Shown here piece by piece: positions 39,859 to 49,737 of a stretch of 64,000 bases of DNA. The stretch's first letter is position 1. Every line of letters starts with the position of its first letter. The stretch covers positions 47,039 to 111,038 of the forward strand of contig MHOW01000006.1 in assembly GCA_001820215.1 (NCBI GenBank), written 5' to 3'. Position numbers and translations under genes: made by a program. The DNA comes from Candidatus Staskawiczbacteria bacterium RIFCSPLOWO2_01_FULL_33_13. GTDB lineage: Bacteria; Patescibacteriota; Minisyncoccia; Minisyncoccales; Staskawiczbacteraceae. The notes under the pieces are model-generated. The model was not told the origin of the DNA and did not search any database. It saw only the letters and a program-made list of their open reading frames with translations.

Positions 39859-41034
39859 ATGAAGTGTAGTAGTTTATTAATATTTTTTGTCATTTTAATT
39901 TTGCCCCTTAGCGCTTTTTCAGTTGAAACTCCTAGTGTTGTAATTAACGAAATTGCCTGGATGGGAAGCGTTACTTCGGCAAATGATGAATGGATAGAAT
40001 TAAAAAACAATACTAATGAAGATATAAACCTAGAGGGATGGTTTTTAAAAACAACTGATGAAAAAATAAAAATATATTTAACAGGAAAAATACCCGCTAA
40101 TGGATTTTACCTACTAGAAAGAACCGATGAAAATTCTGTAATGAATATTAAGGCAGATATTATTTATACTGGGGCGCTTAGTAATAGCGGACAATCCTTA
40201 GAATTATATCAAAACTCAAGCATATTAATTGATCACTTAGGATTTAGCTCAAAATGGCCATCAGGAGATAACACTACAAAACAAACCATGGAAAGAATTG
40301 ATAATAGTAATTGGCAAACTAGCAAAAATCCCGGGGGCACTCCTGGAGGCGAAAATAGTATTATCCAATTAATAGAAATTTTAGAAATAAAACCAGTAGT
40401 GCCAGAAGAAATAAAAAACTTAAAAGAGCCAACCACATACCCTGATGGAATTTTTATTAACGAAATAATGCCGGCTCCCGAAGGCCCCGATGACACAAAC
40501 GAATGGATTGAATTATATAATAACAATAACTTTGCTGTTGATATATCTTACTGGAAACTACAAGATACAAAGGGCGCAATAACAAATTACACGCTCCCAA
40601 AAAATACTATATTACAAAGTAATGGGTACTTGGTTTTAAAAAGAAGCCAAACAAAAATAACACTAAACAATGATGAAGATGTTATAAATTTAATTTTACC
40701 AAATGGGAGAATAGCCGATTCAACTTCTTATAAAGAAGCTTCTAAAAACCAATCTTATAGCAAAACACTGTCTGGCTTTACATGGACCGAAAATACAACT
40801 CCGGGATCAATAAATAATATATCAGCAAGCTCTTTTGAAAAAATAGTATTGTTAAATAAAGAAAAACCTGATAATAGTAAAACAAATACTAACTTTAACA
40901 CCGCAAGCATTACCGATGGAGTTACATCTTTAACCAAAACAAACCCTTGGTTTTTATTTTTGACTGCCCTCGCAGTTGCTATCGTTTCTGGAATAATAAT
41001 TCTTGTAGTAAAGTTGAAAATATTTAAAAAATAG
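39859..41034 (+). CDS. lamin tail domain-containing surface protein
   Basis: Signal peptide. Two lamin-tail-like modules (VVINEIAWMGS...NDEWIELKN and IFINEIMPAPEG...NEWIELYN). C-terminal TM anchor. Confidence 0.55.
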   Translation: MKCSSLLIFFVILILPLSAFSVETPSVVINEIAWMGSVTSANDEWIELKNNTNEDINLEGWFLKTTDEKIKIYLTGKIPANGFYLLERTDENSVMNIKADIIYTGALSNSGQSLELYQNSSILIDHLGFSSKWPSGDNTTKQTMERIDNSNWQTSKNPGGTPGGENSIIQLIEILEIKPVVPEEIKNLKEPTTYPDGIFINEIMPAPEGPDDTNEWIELYNNNNFAVDISYWKLQDTKGAITNYTLPKNTILQSNGYLVLKRSQTKITLNNDEDVINLILPNGRIADSTSYKEASKNQSYSKTLSGFTWTENTTPGSINNISASSFEKIVLLNKEKPDNSKTNTNFNTASITDGVTSLTKTNPWFLFLTALAVAIVSGIIILVVKLKIFKK

Positions 41035-41094
41035 TATAACCAAGCACAAAAATAGTAAACTATTTTGTGCTCGGTGAAAATTATTCTAATTTTC

Positions 41095-41814
41095 ATGTCA
41101 GGACATAGTCATTTTAAAACTGTTGCAGCCACCAAAAACGCTAATGACGCCAAAAAAGGAAAAATATTTTCTAAAATGGCACGGGTTATTACTATTGCTG
41201 TAAAAGATAAGGGCCCTGATGTAGCGAACAACATCCAACTAAAAGCGGCTATTGAAAAAGCTAAAGAATTTAATATGCCCAAAGAAAATATTGAAAGGGC
41301 TATTAAAAAGGGTACTGGGGAATTGGCTGGAGAAAACTTAGAAGAAGTTTCTTTTGAAGCATTTGGACCAGGCGGCATTGCAATTATAATAGAGGGTATT
41401 ACCGATAATAAAAATAGAACCCTTGGCGAAATAAAGGGTATTTTAGGCCAATACGAAGGGAAAATGGCCGGCGAAGGATCGGTGAGGTGGATGTTTGATA
41501 AAAAGGGTTCTATATCAATACACTGCCAAGATACACCAAAAGAAGAATTAGAAATGTTAGCAATAGAAGTTGGAGCAACAGATTTTAACCACCATGACAA
41601 TATGCTTGATATTTATACAAAGCCTGAAGATTTAGAAAAAACAAAAAAAATACTAGAAGAAAAAAATATAAAAATTGAAAGCTCTTCTTTAGATTTAGCC
41701 GCAAAAGAGGAAGTTGTGGTATCGGATAAAGAAAAGGAAAGAATACAGAAACTTTTTGAGGCATTAGATGAAAATGATGCCATACAAAATATTTATTCTA
41801 ATCTAAAAACATGA
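41095..41814 (+). CDS. yebC: YebC/PmpR family DNA-binding regulator
   Basis: MSGHSHFKTVAATKNANDAKKGKIFSK is the canonical YebC N-terminus. Start trimmed to this Met. Confidence 0.8.
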   Translation: MSGHSHFKTVAATKNANDAKKGKIFSKMARVITIAVKDKGPDVANNIQLKAAIEKAKEFNMPKENIERAIKKGTGELAGENLEEVSFEAFGPGGIAIIIEGITDNKNRTLGEIKGILGQYEGKMAGEGSVRWMFDKKGSISIHCQDTPKEELEMLAIEVGATDFNHHDNMLDIYTKPEDLEKTKKILEEKNIKIESSSLDLAAKEEVVVSDKEKERIQKLFEALDENDAIQNIYSNLKT

Positions 41815-42329
41815 TTATTTTAGGCATAGATCCAGGAACTGCAACTACCGGATATGGTGTTATTTCAACAAAAATCCCAAAACATTTACAACAAAATAGA
41901 AATGAAAAACCAATAGTTATTGATTTTGGATGTATTTCCACCACAAAATTTGATTCTGCGGGAGAGAGATTAAAAATAATCCACAATGAAATTAATGTAT
42001 TAATTGATAAGCACAAGCCAGATTTAATTTCAGTTGAAAGTCTTTATTTTTTTAAAAATCTTAAAACCGCTATGCCAGTGAGCCAGGCTAAGGGGGTTAT
42101 TTTATTTACTGCGGCCAATAGAAATATACCTATTTGTGAATTCACTCCCTTGCAAATTAAAATGACCGTAGTTGGTTATGGAAGGGCAGAAAAAAAACAA
42201 GTACAAAGCATGACTAGGCAATTACTTGATTTAAGTAATTTCAATTTAAAAGAAAAAAGTAGAAAAAAAGACGATGCTTCAGATGCGTTAGGGGTAGCCC
42301 TTTGTGCAGTTTTGAAAGGTTTTAATTAA
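41811..42329 (+). CDS. ruvC: crossover junction endodeoxyribonuclease RuvC
   Basis: IILGIDPGTATTGYGVI RNase-H-like N-terminus. Overlaps the yebC stop. Confidence 0.85.
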   Translation: MIILGIDPGTATTGYGVISTKIPKHLQQNRNEKPIVIDFGCISTTKFDSAGERLKIIHNEINVLIDKHKPDLISVESLYFFKNLKTAMPVSQAKGVILFTAANRNIPICEFTPLQIKMTVVGYGRAEKKQVQSMTRQLLDLSNFNLKEKSRKKDDASDALGVALCAVLKGFN

Positions 42330-42345
42330 TAAATCTACATAGCCC

Positions 42346-42373
42346 TTGACAATAGTTTGTGAAAAAATATAAT
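42346..42373 (+). promoter_or_regulatory. near-consensus sigma70 promoter
   Basis: TTGACA, 16-nt spacer, TATAAT. Followed by a leader full of 7-bp tandem repeats. Confidence 0.45.
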
Positions 42374-42503
42374 AGGAACAAGATAATAAAATAATTATCA
42401 ATTATCAAATTATCAATTATCAATCAAACTTTAATTAACTAATTATCAATGACAAAATTATCGTTGATAATTAACAAATTGAAAATTCATTGAAAATTGG
42501 TCA

Positions 42504-42686
42504 TTGAAAATTGAAAATTCATTAAAAACTATGGAGGAGGATTTTTTAAATAATCTTATAAGCCAATCTGATGATACTGACGATGATAGTGTTGTATCAG
42601 ATATAGATGACGAAGAAGGTGAAGACGAGAAAGACCCAGATGCAGAAGACGATGACGACCAAACACCTGTTGAAGAGGAAGAATAA
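42504..42686 (+). CDS. hypothetical hyper-acidic small protein (60 aa)
   Basis: About 50% Asp/Glu (DDTDDDSVVSDIDDEEGEDEKDPDAEDDDDQTPVEEEE). Flanked by a strong promoter and terminator. Confidence 0.4.
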   Translation: MKIENSLKTMEEDFLNNLISQSDDTDDDSVVSDIDDEEGEDEKDPDAEDDDDQTPVEEEE

Positions 42687-42700
42687 TATTGATTATTATA

Positions 42701-42731
42701 AAAAAACAGCCCATCGGGGGCTGTTTTTTTA
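42701..42731 (+). terminator. Rho-independent terminator
   Basis: aaaaaacagcccatcgggggctgttttttt. Confidence 0.7.
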
Positions 42732-42742
42732 TTACGAATTAC

Positions 42743-42923
42743 CTTAAATTACGAAATGATTTTTAGTTATTTATTAGGGAATTTTGTTTCTGGTGAAGGA
42801 AAAATATAAAAAGGTAACTACGCTTACCTTTTTACATTTTTACAAAGCCAGAGACAAAATTAACAATAAATAGCAAAAACTTGCATTTTCTATGGTCATT
42901 TCGTAATTTAAGGTATTATGCAT
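42743..42923. repeat. MITE family 1 copy (divergent interior)
   Basis: Terminal repeats cttaaattacgaaatga / tcatttcgtaatttaagg. Confidence 0.5.
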
Positions 42924-42954
42924 AATAAGTACTTTAAAGTATAATAAGTAAAAT

Positions 42955-45177
42955 ATGCAAAAAAATAAATTTAAGGGACTGCTAAAAAAATATCTTGTTT
43001 TTGTGAAAAAAACAAAAAAGTATTTTCACAAAATAATAACCCTAAAAAACAAAAGGGGCAAATTATTTGTTGTTATTATTGCTAAATACATGCTATTTTT
43101 GTTTTTAGCTTTTTGTATTTTCATATTATTTTTATTTTTTTATTATACCTATAATCTGCCTCGTCCCGAAAAATTCACCGAAACTCCTTTTATACAATCA
43201 ACTAAAATTTACGATAGAACAGGAGACACTCTTTTATATGATATTTATGGAGAAGAAAAAAGAGCAATCGTTGCCTTTGATAAAATTTCAGATAATTTAA
43301 AGCATGCAGTATTGTCTTCGGAAGATGCAAGATTTTACCAGCACAAAGGAGTAGACTTAAGATCAATTATTCGATCAGTGTTGGTTAATTTAAAACTACA
43401 GTCAGTAAGTCAAGGGGGGTCAACTATAACCCAACAACTTGTGCGTTCGGTGTATTTAACAAAACAAAAAACACTATCAAGAAAAATAAGGGAATTAGTG
43501 TTAAGCATAGAATTAGAAAGAAGATATTCTAAAGATCAAATTTTTGACTGGTATTTAAATAAAATCCCTTTTGGAGTAAACACCTATGGCGCCGAGTCAG
43601 CCAGCCAAACTTATTTTAATAAGTCCGCACTTGAACTTTCTTTAGCAGAAGCCGCTGCCTTAACAGCGCTAATACCAGCTCCAAGCTACTATTCGCCATA
43701 CGGGAGACACAAAGATCTGCTTTTACAAAAGAAAGATTATATTTTAGAAAGAATGGAGCAATTGGGATATATTAATAACGAACAATTATTAGCGGCAAAA
43801 CAGGAAGAATTAAAATTTTCTGAAAATCTTGTTTCAATAAAAGCTCCCCACTTTGTAATGTATGTGAAAAAATATCTGGAGGAAAAATATGGAGAAGATT
43901 TTTTAAAAGAAAAGGGATTGAAAGTGTACACAACCCTAGATTGGGAATTGCAAGATTATGCTGAAAAAACAATAAAAGAAGCAGATAAAACAAATGTGCA
44001 ATTTAATGCAAACAACACTGCGCTCGTAGTGATAAATCCAAAAACAGGAGAAATACTATCTTTAGTTGGATCAAAGGATTATTTTGAAAAATCTTATCCT
44101 GAAGGATGTGATCAAAAAACAGGTAAAACTTGTTTATTTGAAGCAAAATTTGATGTTGCAACTATGGGTTTTAGACAACCAGGATCTTCTTTTAAGCCTT
44201 TTGTGTACGCAACCGCATTTAAAAAGGGATATACGCCAGATACAGCACTATGGGATGTGAAAACAGAATTTAATCCAAATTGCAGTAAAGATGCCAGCCA
44301 ACAAAAAGACAGGTATGGTTTAGCTTGTTATCATCCCCAAAATTATGATGGATTGGAAAGAGGTATGGTTTCTTTAAGATCTTCTTTGGCACAATCTCTC
44401 AATATACCTTCAGTAGAGCTTCTTTATTTAACCGGATTAAAAGACAGCCTCAAAACAGCTCAAGATTTTGGCATTACAACCCTAAACGAACCTGAAAGGT
44501 ATGGCTTATCTTTGGTGCTAGGGGGAGGCGAAGTAAACTTATTGGAATTAACCTCTGCGTATGGAATTTTTGCCACAGAAGGGCTTAAAACACCTCCTGT
44601 AAGCATTTTAAAAATAGAAAATAGCAATGGTGACATTATTGAAAAAAATACCAAAGAATCAACTAAAGTGTTAGACACTCAAATAGCTAGGCAAATTAAT
44701 AGTATTTTATCAGATAACAACGCAAGAGCCCCTATTTTTGGAGTAAATAATGCTTTGCATTTTGCTAATTATCAAGTTGCTGCTAAAACAGGAACTACCC
44801 AATATTTTAACGATGCCTGGACAATGGGATATAGCCCCTCTTTTGCAATTGGTGTTTGGGTGGGTAATAATAACAATGCCTCTATAAATAAAAAAACGGG
44901 TATTGGATTGGCGGCTCCAGTTTGGAGAAAAGTCATGGAAAAAGCGATTACCTCTTTACCGAAAGAAAATTTTACAAAACCCGCAGCCGTAAAAGATATA
45001 AACCCTGTGTTATTAGGCCAATTTCCAAAAACAGATGAACCTCACAGTATTTTACACTACATTAATAGAAAGGACCCACTAGGTCCACCACCACAAGATC
45101 CTAATAATGATCCTTTGTATCCTTTCTTTGAAGAGGGCATTAAAAATTGGTTATCATTATCAAAAACTACACCTTAA
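42955..45177 (+). CDS. class A penicillin-binding protein (transglycosylase + transpeptidase)
   Basis: GT51 motifs EDARFYQHKGVD and RKIRE. Transpeptidase SSFKP (SxxK) and KTGT motifs. N-terminal TM. Confidence 0.85.
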   Translation: MQKNKFKGLLKKYLVFVKKTKKYFHKIITLKNKRGKLFVVIIAKYMLFLFLAFCIFILFLFFYYTYNLPRPEKFTETPFIQSTKIYDRTGDTLLYDIYGEEKRAIVAFDKISDNLKHAVLSSEDARFYQHKGVDLRSIIRSVLVNLKLQSVSQGGSTITQQLVRSVYLTKQKTLSRKIRELVLSIELERRYSKDQIFDWYLNKIPFGVNTYGAESASQTYFNKSALELSLAEAAALTALIPAPSYYSPYGRHKDLLLQKKDYILERMEQLGYINNEQLLAAKQEELKFSENLVSIKAPHFVMYVKKYLEEKYGEDFLKEKGLKVYTTLDWELQDYAEKTIKEADKTNVQFNANNTALVVINPKTGEILSLVGSKDYFEKSYPEGCDQKTGKTCLFEAKFDVATMGFRQPGSSFKPFVYATAFKKGYTPDTALWDVKTEFNPNCSKDASQQKDRYGLACYHPQNYDGLERGMVSLRSSLAQSLNIPSVELLYLTGLKDSLKTAQDFGITTLNEPERYGLSLVLGGGEVNLLELTSAYGIFATEGLKTPPVSILKIENSNGDIIEKNTKESTKVLDTQIARQINSILSDNNARAPIFGVNNALHFANYQVAAKTGTTQYFNDAWTMGYSPSFAIGVWVGNNNNASINKKTGIGLAAPVWRKVMEKAITSLPKENFTKPAAVKDINPVLLGQFPKTDEPHSILHYINRKDPLGPPPQDPNNDPLYPFFEEGIKNWLSLSKTTP

Positions 45178-45186
45178 AAAACAAAT

Positions 45187-45216
45187 TAAAAACCCTGTTA
45201 TTTTTACAGGGTTTTT
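45187..45216. terminator. bidirectional terminator hairpin
   Basis: aaaaccctgtaatttttacagggttttt between PBP (+) and dnaN (-). Confidence 0.55.
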
Positions 45217-45255
45217 AATTTGTTTTAAATATAAATTTCTAACTGCTTTTGATTT

Positions 45256-46380
45256 TTATATAGACTTAATGGGCATCGCTACATATACATAACTAGAATC
45301 TCCAACTGGCTTTAAAATACATGGCCCCTCTTCTTTGCTTATATTAAATGCAACTTCTGAACTTTTAATATTTGAAAGCCCTTCTATTAAGTAGCGATAA
45401 TTAAACGAAACCTCTATTGCGTCTCCTTCAATTTTTGCTTGCACACTTGACCTATTTTCTCCAATATCGGTGTTTTTGGCAAAAATTTCTACCTCTTTTT
45501 TCTCTGGTTTAACTGAAAGCCTAACTTCATTAGTTTTATTTGAAAATAACGAAGCCGTTTTTATTTGATTTAAAAATTCATCTTTTTTTAATACGATATT
45601 TGTTTTAAATTTATTAGGAATAATTTCTTGATAATTAGGATATTCCCCCTCAATTAAACGAGAAATAATTTGCACCTGAGGATGTTTTATCTCTTCCATA
45701 GGAAATTCAAACAATGCTTGATTGCCAGAAAAGTATATTTTTAACACGCCTTCTTTATCTTCTAAAATACTCATAATTTCTCTTGAGGGCCTTTGGGGTA
45801 AAATAAATGAATACTCTTTTTTTACAGGACTTTCTAATACTATATTTTTTTCTGCTAACCTAAAACTATCTGTTGCAACGATTTTAATATTATTTTTATT
45901 AAAATTAAAATAAATACCAGATATTTCGGGTCTTGATTGTGATGGCATTGCAATATCAATTACCTGTGAAAGACCTTGGCAAAATTTCTTATTATCAACT
46001 TCTAAATATTCTAAATTTGAAAACTCAGGTATTATAGGAAATTCTTCAGGATTATATCCTTGTATTTGGGTTTTAAAATTACTGCATTCAATATAGAGAT
46101 TTTGACTTTTTTCTTCAATAGTAATTTTTTCGTTTGGCAAAGAAGAAACATAATTAGAAAGGAATTTTGCAGGAATTACCACTTTACCTTTTTTAATAAT
46201 TTTAGTTAAAATCCATAACTTAATAGTAGTTTCTAAATTAGTAGAAATTAAATTTAAAAAACTATCTTCGGTAGTTATTAAAATATTATCTAAAATAGGC
46301 AAAGATATATTTTTACCAATAATTCTTTCGGTAATATTAAGCCCCTTTTTTAAATTTTCCTTTAAGATTTCTATTTTCAT
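45256..46380 (-). CDS. dnaN: DNA polymerase III beta subunit (sliding clamp)
   Basis: MKIEILKENLKKGL... Three-domain length. Immediately downstream of dnaA. Confidence 0.85.
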   Translation of the reverse strand: MKIEILKENLKKGLNITERIIGKNISLPILDNILITTEDSFLNLISTNLETTIKLWILTKIIKKGKVVIPAKFLSNYVSSLPNEKITIEEKSQNLYIECSNFKTQIQGYNPEEFPIIPEFSNLEYLEVDNKKFCQGLSQVIDIAMPSQSRPEISGIYFNFNKNNIKIVATDSFRLAEKNIVLESPVKKEYSFILPQRPSREIMSILEDKEGVLKIYFSGNQALFEFPMEEIKHPQVQIISRLIEGEYPNYQEIIPNKFKTNIVLKKDEFLNQIKTASLFSNKTNEVRLSVKPEKKEVEIFAKNTDIGENRSSVQAKIEGDAIEVSFNYRYLIEGLSNIKSSEVAFNISKEEGPCILKPVGDSSYVYVAMPIKSI

Positions 46381-46776
46381 AATAATATATAATATATTAA
46401 ATATCTTATTGTTATTAGGGTAGTGATTTTTGTTAATTTTTAAATTTTTATTATATTGTCGTATGTGTAAATTTTTAAAAAATAAACTGTGAATAAAATA
46501 GTCTAAAAATATATTAATAAAATATGTGAATTATTTTTATAATTTTTTATAGATAGTTTGTTATGTGTTTTATCCACCATATATTCTATTTTTTTAATTA
46601 CTTTGAATTACGAAATGCTTTCTAGGTATTTTTTTCAAATTTTAGAATGAAAATTTGATAGAATTATTTTACCTAGTAAGCTAGGTAAAATAATTATAGC
46701 GGGTTTTCAACTAAAATTTGGAGAAAAGACCAGAAATTTGCTTTCCAAAGGGCATTTCGTAATTCAAAGTAATATT
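46381..46776. other. oriC-like AT-rich region with DnaA-box-like 9-mers
   Basis: Very AT-rich stretch 46381-46560. ttatccacc at 46570-46578 and ttatccact at 46777-46785. MITE copy embedded. Confidence 0.4.
46602..46769. repeat. MITE family 1 copy
   Basis: Terminal repeats tttgaattacgaaatgc / gcatttcgtaattcaaag. Internal hairpin tacctagtaagctaggta. Lacks the GC hairpin of copy 19435. Confidence 0.6.
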
Positions 46777-48132
46777 TTATCCACTATACACTTTTTGTTT
46801 TATAAGGTTTAATTCTTCTGTTAATTTATTATTTTCTTCACTTTCTTGTAGTATTTTTTTGTATGCGTATATGACTGTAGTATGATCCTTGCCCCCAAAT
46901 TTTCTTGCAATTGCAGGAAATGAATATTTTAATTCTTTTCTTAATAAAAACATTGCTATTTGTCTTGGTCTTACAATTTCTTTGCGTCTTGTTTGGTCAA
47001 AAAGATTTTTTTCATCTAAATTATAAAATTTAGCAACCGTTTCAATTATTTTTTTATAGTTTGCAACATCAAAGGGAGAAAATACAAAACCTCGTAATAG
47101 CTTTTTTGCAACTTCTAAATTCAACACATTGTTGTTGATTTTATGGTAAATTAATAAGCTATTTAAGGCTCCCTCTAAATCTCTGATATTCTTTTTAACA
47201 TTTGAGGCGATGTATTCTAAAATATCTTCTGGTAATTCCATATTTTTCTCTTGAAGTTTGGTTTTAAGTATTACAAGCCTTGTTTCATAATCAGGTAGGC
47301 TTACATCAATAGTCATCCCGCCTCCAAATCTTGATTTAAGCCTTTCTTCTAACTCTGATATGGCATTGGGGGGCCTGTCAGACGAAAGGATGATTTGTTT
47401 ATTTTTTTCATATAAAGAATTAAACACATGAAAAAATTCTTCTTGGCTTTTGTTTTTTCCCGATATAAATTGTATATCATCAATAATGAGCACATCTATA
47501 GGGGTAAAACTAGCCTTAAAGCTTTCCATGCTATTGCTCCTAATAGCTGAAACAATATTAGAAACAAGTTTTTCAGAAGGAATATATTTTACTTTATTTT
47601 TTTTATTATTACTGGCTATTTTATTCCCAATTGACTGCATTAAATGGGTTTTGCCTAATCCAACTCCTCCATATATAAATAAGGGGTTGTAGGTGTGTCC
47701 TGGGTTTTCAGATACTGCTAAAGCTGCCGCGTGAGCCAATTCATTAAATCCACCTACTACAAAATTTTCAAAGGTATAACGAGGGTTAAGATTTGTTTCT
47801 TTGTTAATTTTAAACTCATCAAATTTTAACTGTTCTATATTTATATCACTTTCTAGTTTTTCTTTTGTTTCAAAGTTTTTTGATGGTTGTGGGTTAATTT
47901 TAAATTCTAATTCTTTGATAGTGTTGTCTATGTCATGCATTGTTTTAAGTATTAACTTGTAATACTTATTATTCAGCCACTCTTTAGAAAAGGCATTTGG
48001 AACCGAAATTACTATTTTTCCATTTTCTTTAGATGTTATTTCAGTGTTTTGAAACCAGGTTGCAAAATTTGCCTTAGAAATAAAAAGTTGCATTTGCGCC
48101 AAAACTGATTGCCAAAGCTCACTATTGTCCAT
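46777..48132 (-). CDS. dnaA: chromosomal replication initiator DnaA
   Basis: AAA+ Walker A GGVGLGKTHL. C-terminal DnaA-box-binding domain. Confidence 0.9.
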   Translation of the reverse strand: MDNSELWQSVLAQMQLFISKANFATWFQNTEITSKENGKIVISVPNAFSKEWLNNKYYKLILKTMHDIDNTIKELEFKINPQPSKNFETKEKLESDINIEQLKFDEFKINKETNLNPRYTFENFVVGGFNELAHAAALAVSENPGHTYNPLFIYGGVGLGKTHLMQSIGNKIASNNKKNKVKYIPSEKLVSNIVSAIRSNSMESFKASFTPIDVLIIDDIQFISGKNKSQEEFFHVFNSLYEKNKQIILSSDRPPNAISELEERLKSRFGGGMTIDVSLPDYETRLVILKTKLQEKNMELPEDILEYIASNVKKNIRDLEGALNSLLIYHKINNNVLNLEVAKKLLRGFVFSPFDVANYKKIIETVAKFYNLDEKNLFDQTRRKEIVRPRQIAMFLLRKELKYSFPAIARKFGGKDHTTVIYAYKKILQESEENNKLTEELNLIKQKVYSG

Positions 48133-48222
48133 AATTTTTTGATTAAATATTTAATAGTCTATTTTTTCTTTTTGTTGTTTATTTGTCAAATATAAACAAA
48201 ATATACACATATGTTATTAAGT

Positions 48223-48231
48223 TGTGGATAA
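48223..48231 (-). promoter_or_regulatory. perfect DnaA box (TTATCCACA on the minus strand)
   Basis: tgtggataa, 90 bp upstream of dnaA. Confidence 0.45.
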
Positions 48232-48440
48232 ATTGTGTGATATTTTAAATACAGACGCACAATATATTTAATTAGAAATTTTAAATTTGTAATTAAAACG
48301 CTATTTGACCAAATGTGTTTTTTTTGGTAAGTTAACAATATTATCCTTGAGTTATAAAATACTTTCACAGTCTTTTTATAGAGTATTTGGTGATTTAAGG
48401 ATTTATACTACACTATACAATATTATTAATATAAAAAACA

Positions 48441-48575
48441 ATGAGTTTCACTTATAACCCAAAAAAGAAAAAGAGAAAAAGAACACACGGTTTCTTAAAG
48501 AGAAGCCAAACAAAAAAGGGTCAACAGGTTATTCAAAGGAGAAGGGCTAAGGGAAGGAAGAAATTAAGCGTGTAA
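48441..48575 (+). CDS. rpmH: 50S ribosomal protein L34
   Basis: [44 protein letters not shown] (44 aa). Not in the ORF track because it is under 60 aa. Canonical position before rnpA. Confidence 0.8.
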   Translation: MSFTYNPKKKKRKRTHGFLKRSQTKKGQQVIQRRRAKGRKKLSV

Positions 48576-48638
48576 TGAGCTGGTTACAAAACTCCATATT
48601 TATCCTCAAAAGCGAGTTTTGTAACCATCTCAACTTAA

Positions 48639-48980
48639 GTGTTGCCAAAAATAAACAGGTTAACCAAAAAAAAAGATTTTGACTCGGTTTTTAAGAAAGG
48701 AAAAAGCATAAAAGTTGATTTTTTAATATTTAAAATATTAAAAAATGATCTAAAAGAAAGCCGTTTCGGTTTTGTGGTTAGTAAAACTATTTCTAAAAAA
48801 GCTGTTATAAGAAATAAAGTTAAAAGAAGGCTGCGAGAGGCAGTTTTTAAAGGATTAAAAAATCAGGTTACTAATACGGCTAAACCATCAGATATTGTTA
48901 TTATAACTTTGCCAGGAATTGAGAAAAGAGAATTTTTGCAACTACAAGAAGTTGTCGATAAATTTTTAAATAAAATATAA
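48639..48980 (+). CDS. rnpA: ribonuclease P protein component
   Basis: LPKINRLTKKKDFDSVF. Basic, 113 aa. Position rpmH-rnpA-yidC. Confidence 0.75.
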   Translation: MLPKINRLTKKKDFDSVFKKGKSIKVDFLIFKILKNDLKESRFGFVVSKTISKKAVIRNKVKRRLREAVFKGLKNQVTNTAKPSDIVIITLPGIEKREFLQLQEVVDKFLNKI

Positions 48981-48994
48981 TAATTTTTTACACT

Positions 48995-49723
48995 ATGTTT
49001 GGTTTTTTAGTAGATGTCTTTAATATTCTTTTATACCAGCCTCTTTTTAATGCATTGGTGTTAATTTATAATTATCTGCCTGGGCATGATTTTGGTATTG
49101 CAATTATCCTTCTTACAATCATTATAAGAGTTATTATTTATCCCCTTTCGGTAAAATCCCTTAACTCACAAAAAAATCTTCAAAAACTGCAACCACAATT
49201 ACAGGAAATACAAAAAAAATATAAAAATGATAAAGAAAAACAAGCTAGGGAAACCCTAGAACTTTATCGTAAAGAAAAAATAAATCCATTTAGCGGATTG
49301 TTTTTAGCATTGATTCAGCTCCCTATTTTAATTGCATTATATAGTGTGTTTAATAATGGATTAAAATCTATAGAGCTTAATAATTTGTATAGTTTTGTAT
49401 CAAATCCAGTTAATATTAACCCAATATTCTTGGGTGCTATAAATTTATCTTTGCCAAATTTATTTTTTGCCTTCCTTGCGGGTATTGTTCAATTTTTTCA
49501 AACAAAAATGATTATGCCTAAATTGGATAAAAATCAGGCAAAAGAAAATCAAATGACCGCCATGATGCAAAAACAAATGGTTTATTTTTTTCCTTTTATA
49601 ACAGTAATAATCCTTTTAAAATTACCCTCAGCTTTAGGCCTTTACTGGATTGCAAGCGGATTGTTTTCTATAGCACAACAGTATTTTATTCTTAAAGATA
49701 AACCAAATAAGCCTTCTTTGTAA
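48995..49723 (+). CDS. yidC: membrane protein insertase YidC (short form)
   Basis: Five-TM Oxa1-like core. IIIRVIIYPL motif region. Confidence 0.8.
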   Translation: MFGFLVDVFNILLYQPLFNALVLIYNYLPGHDFGIAIILLTIIIRVIIYPLSVKSLNSQKNLQKLQPQLQEIQKKYKNDKEKQARETLELYRKEKINPFSGLFLALIQLPILIALYSVFNNGLKSIELNNLYSFVSNPVNINPIFLGAINLSLPNLFFAFLAGIVQFFQTKMIMPKLDKNQAKENQMTAMMQKQMVYFFPFITVIILLKLPSALGLYWIASGLFSIAQQYFILKDKPNKPSL

Positions 49724-49737
49724 GTCTATTAATAAAA

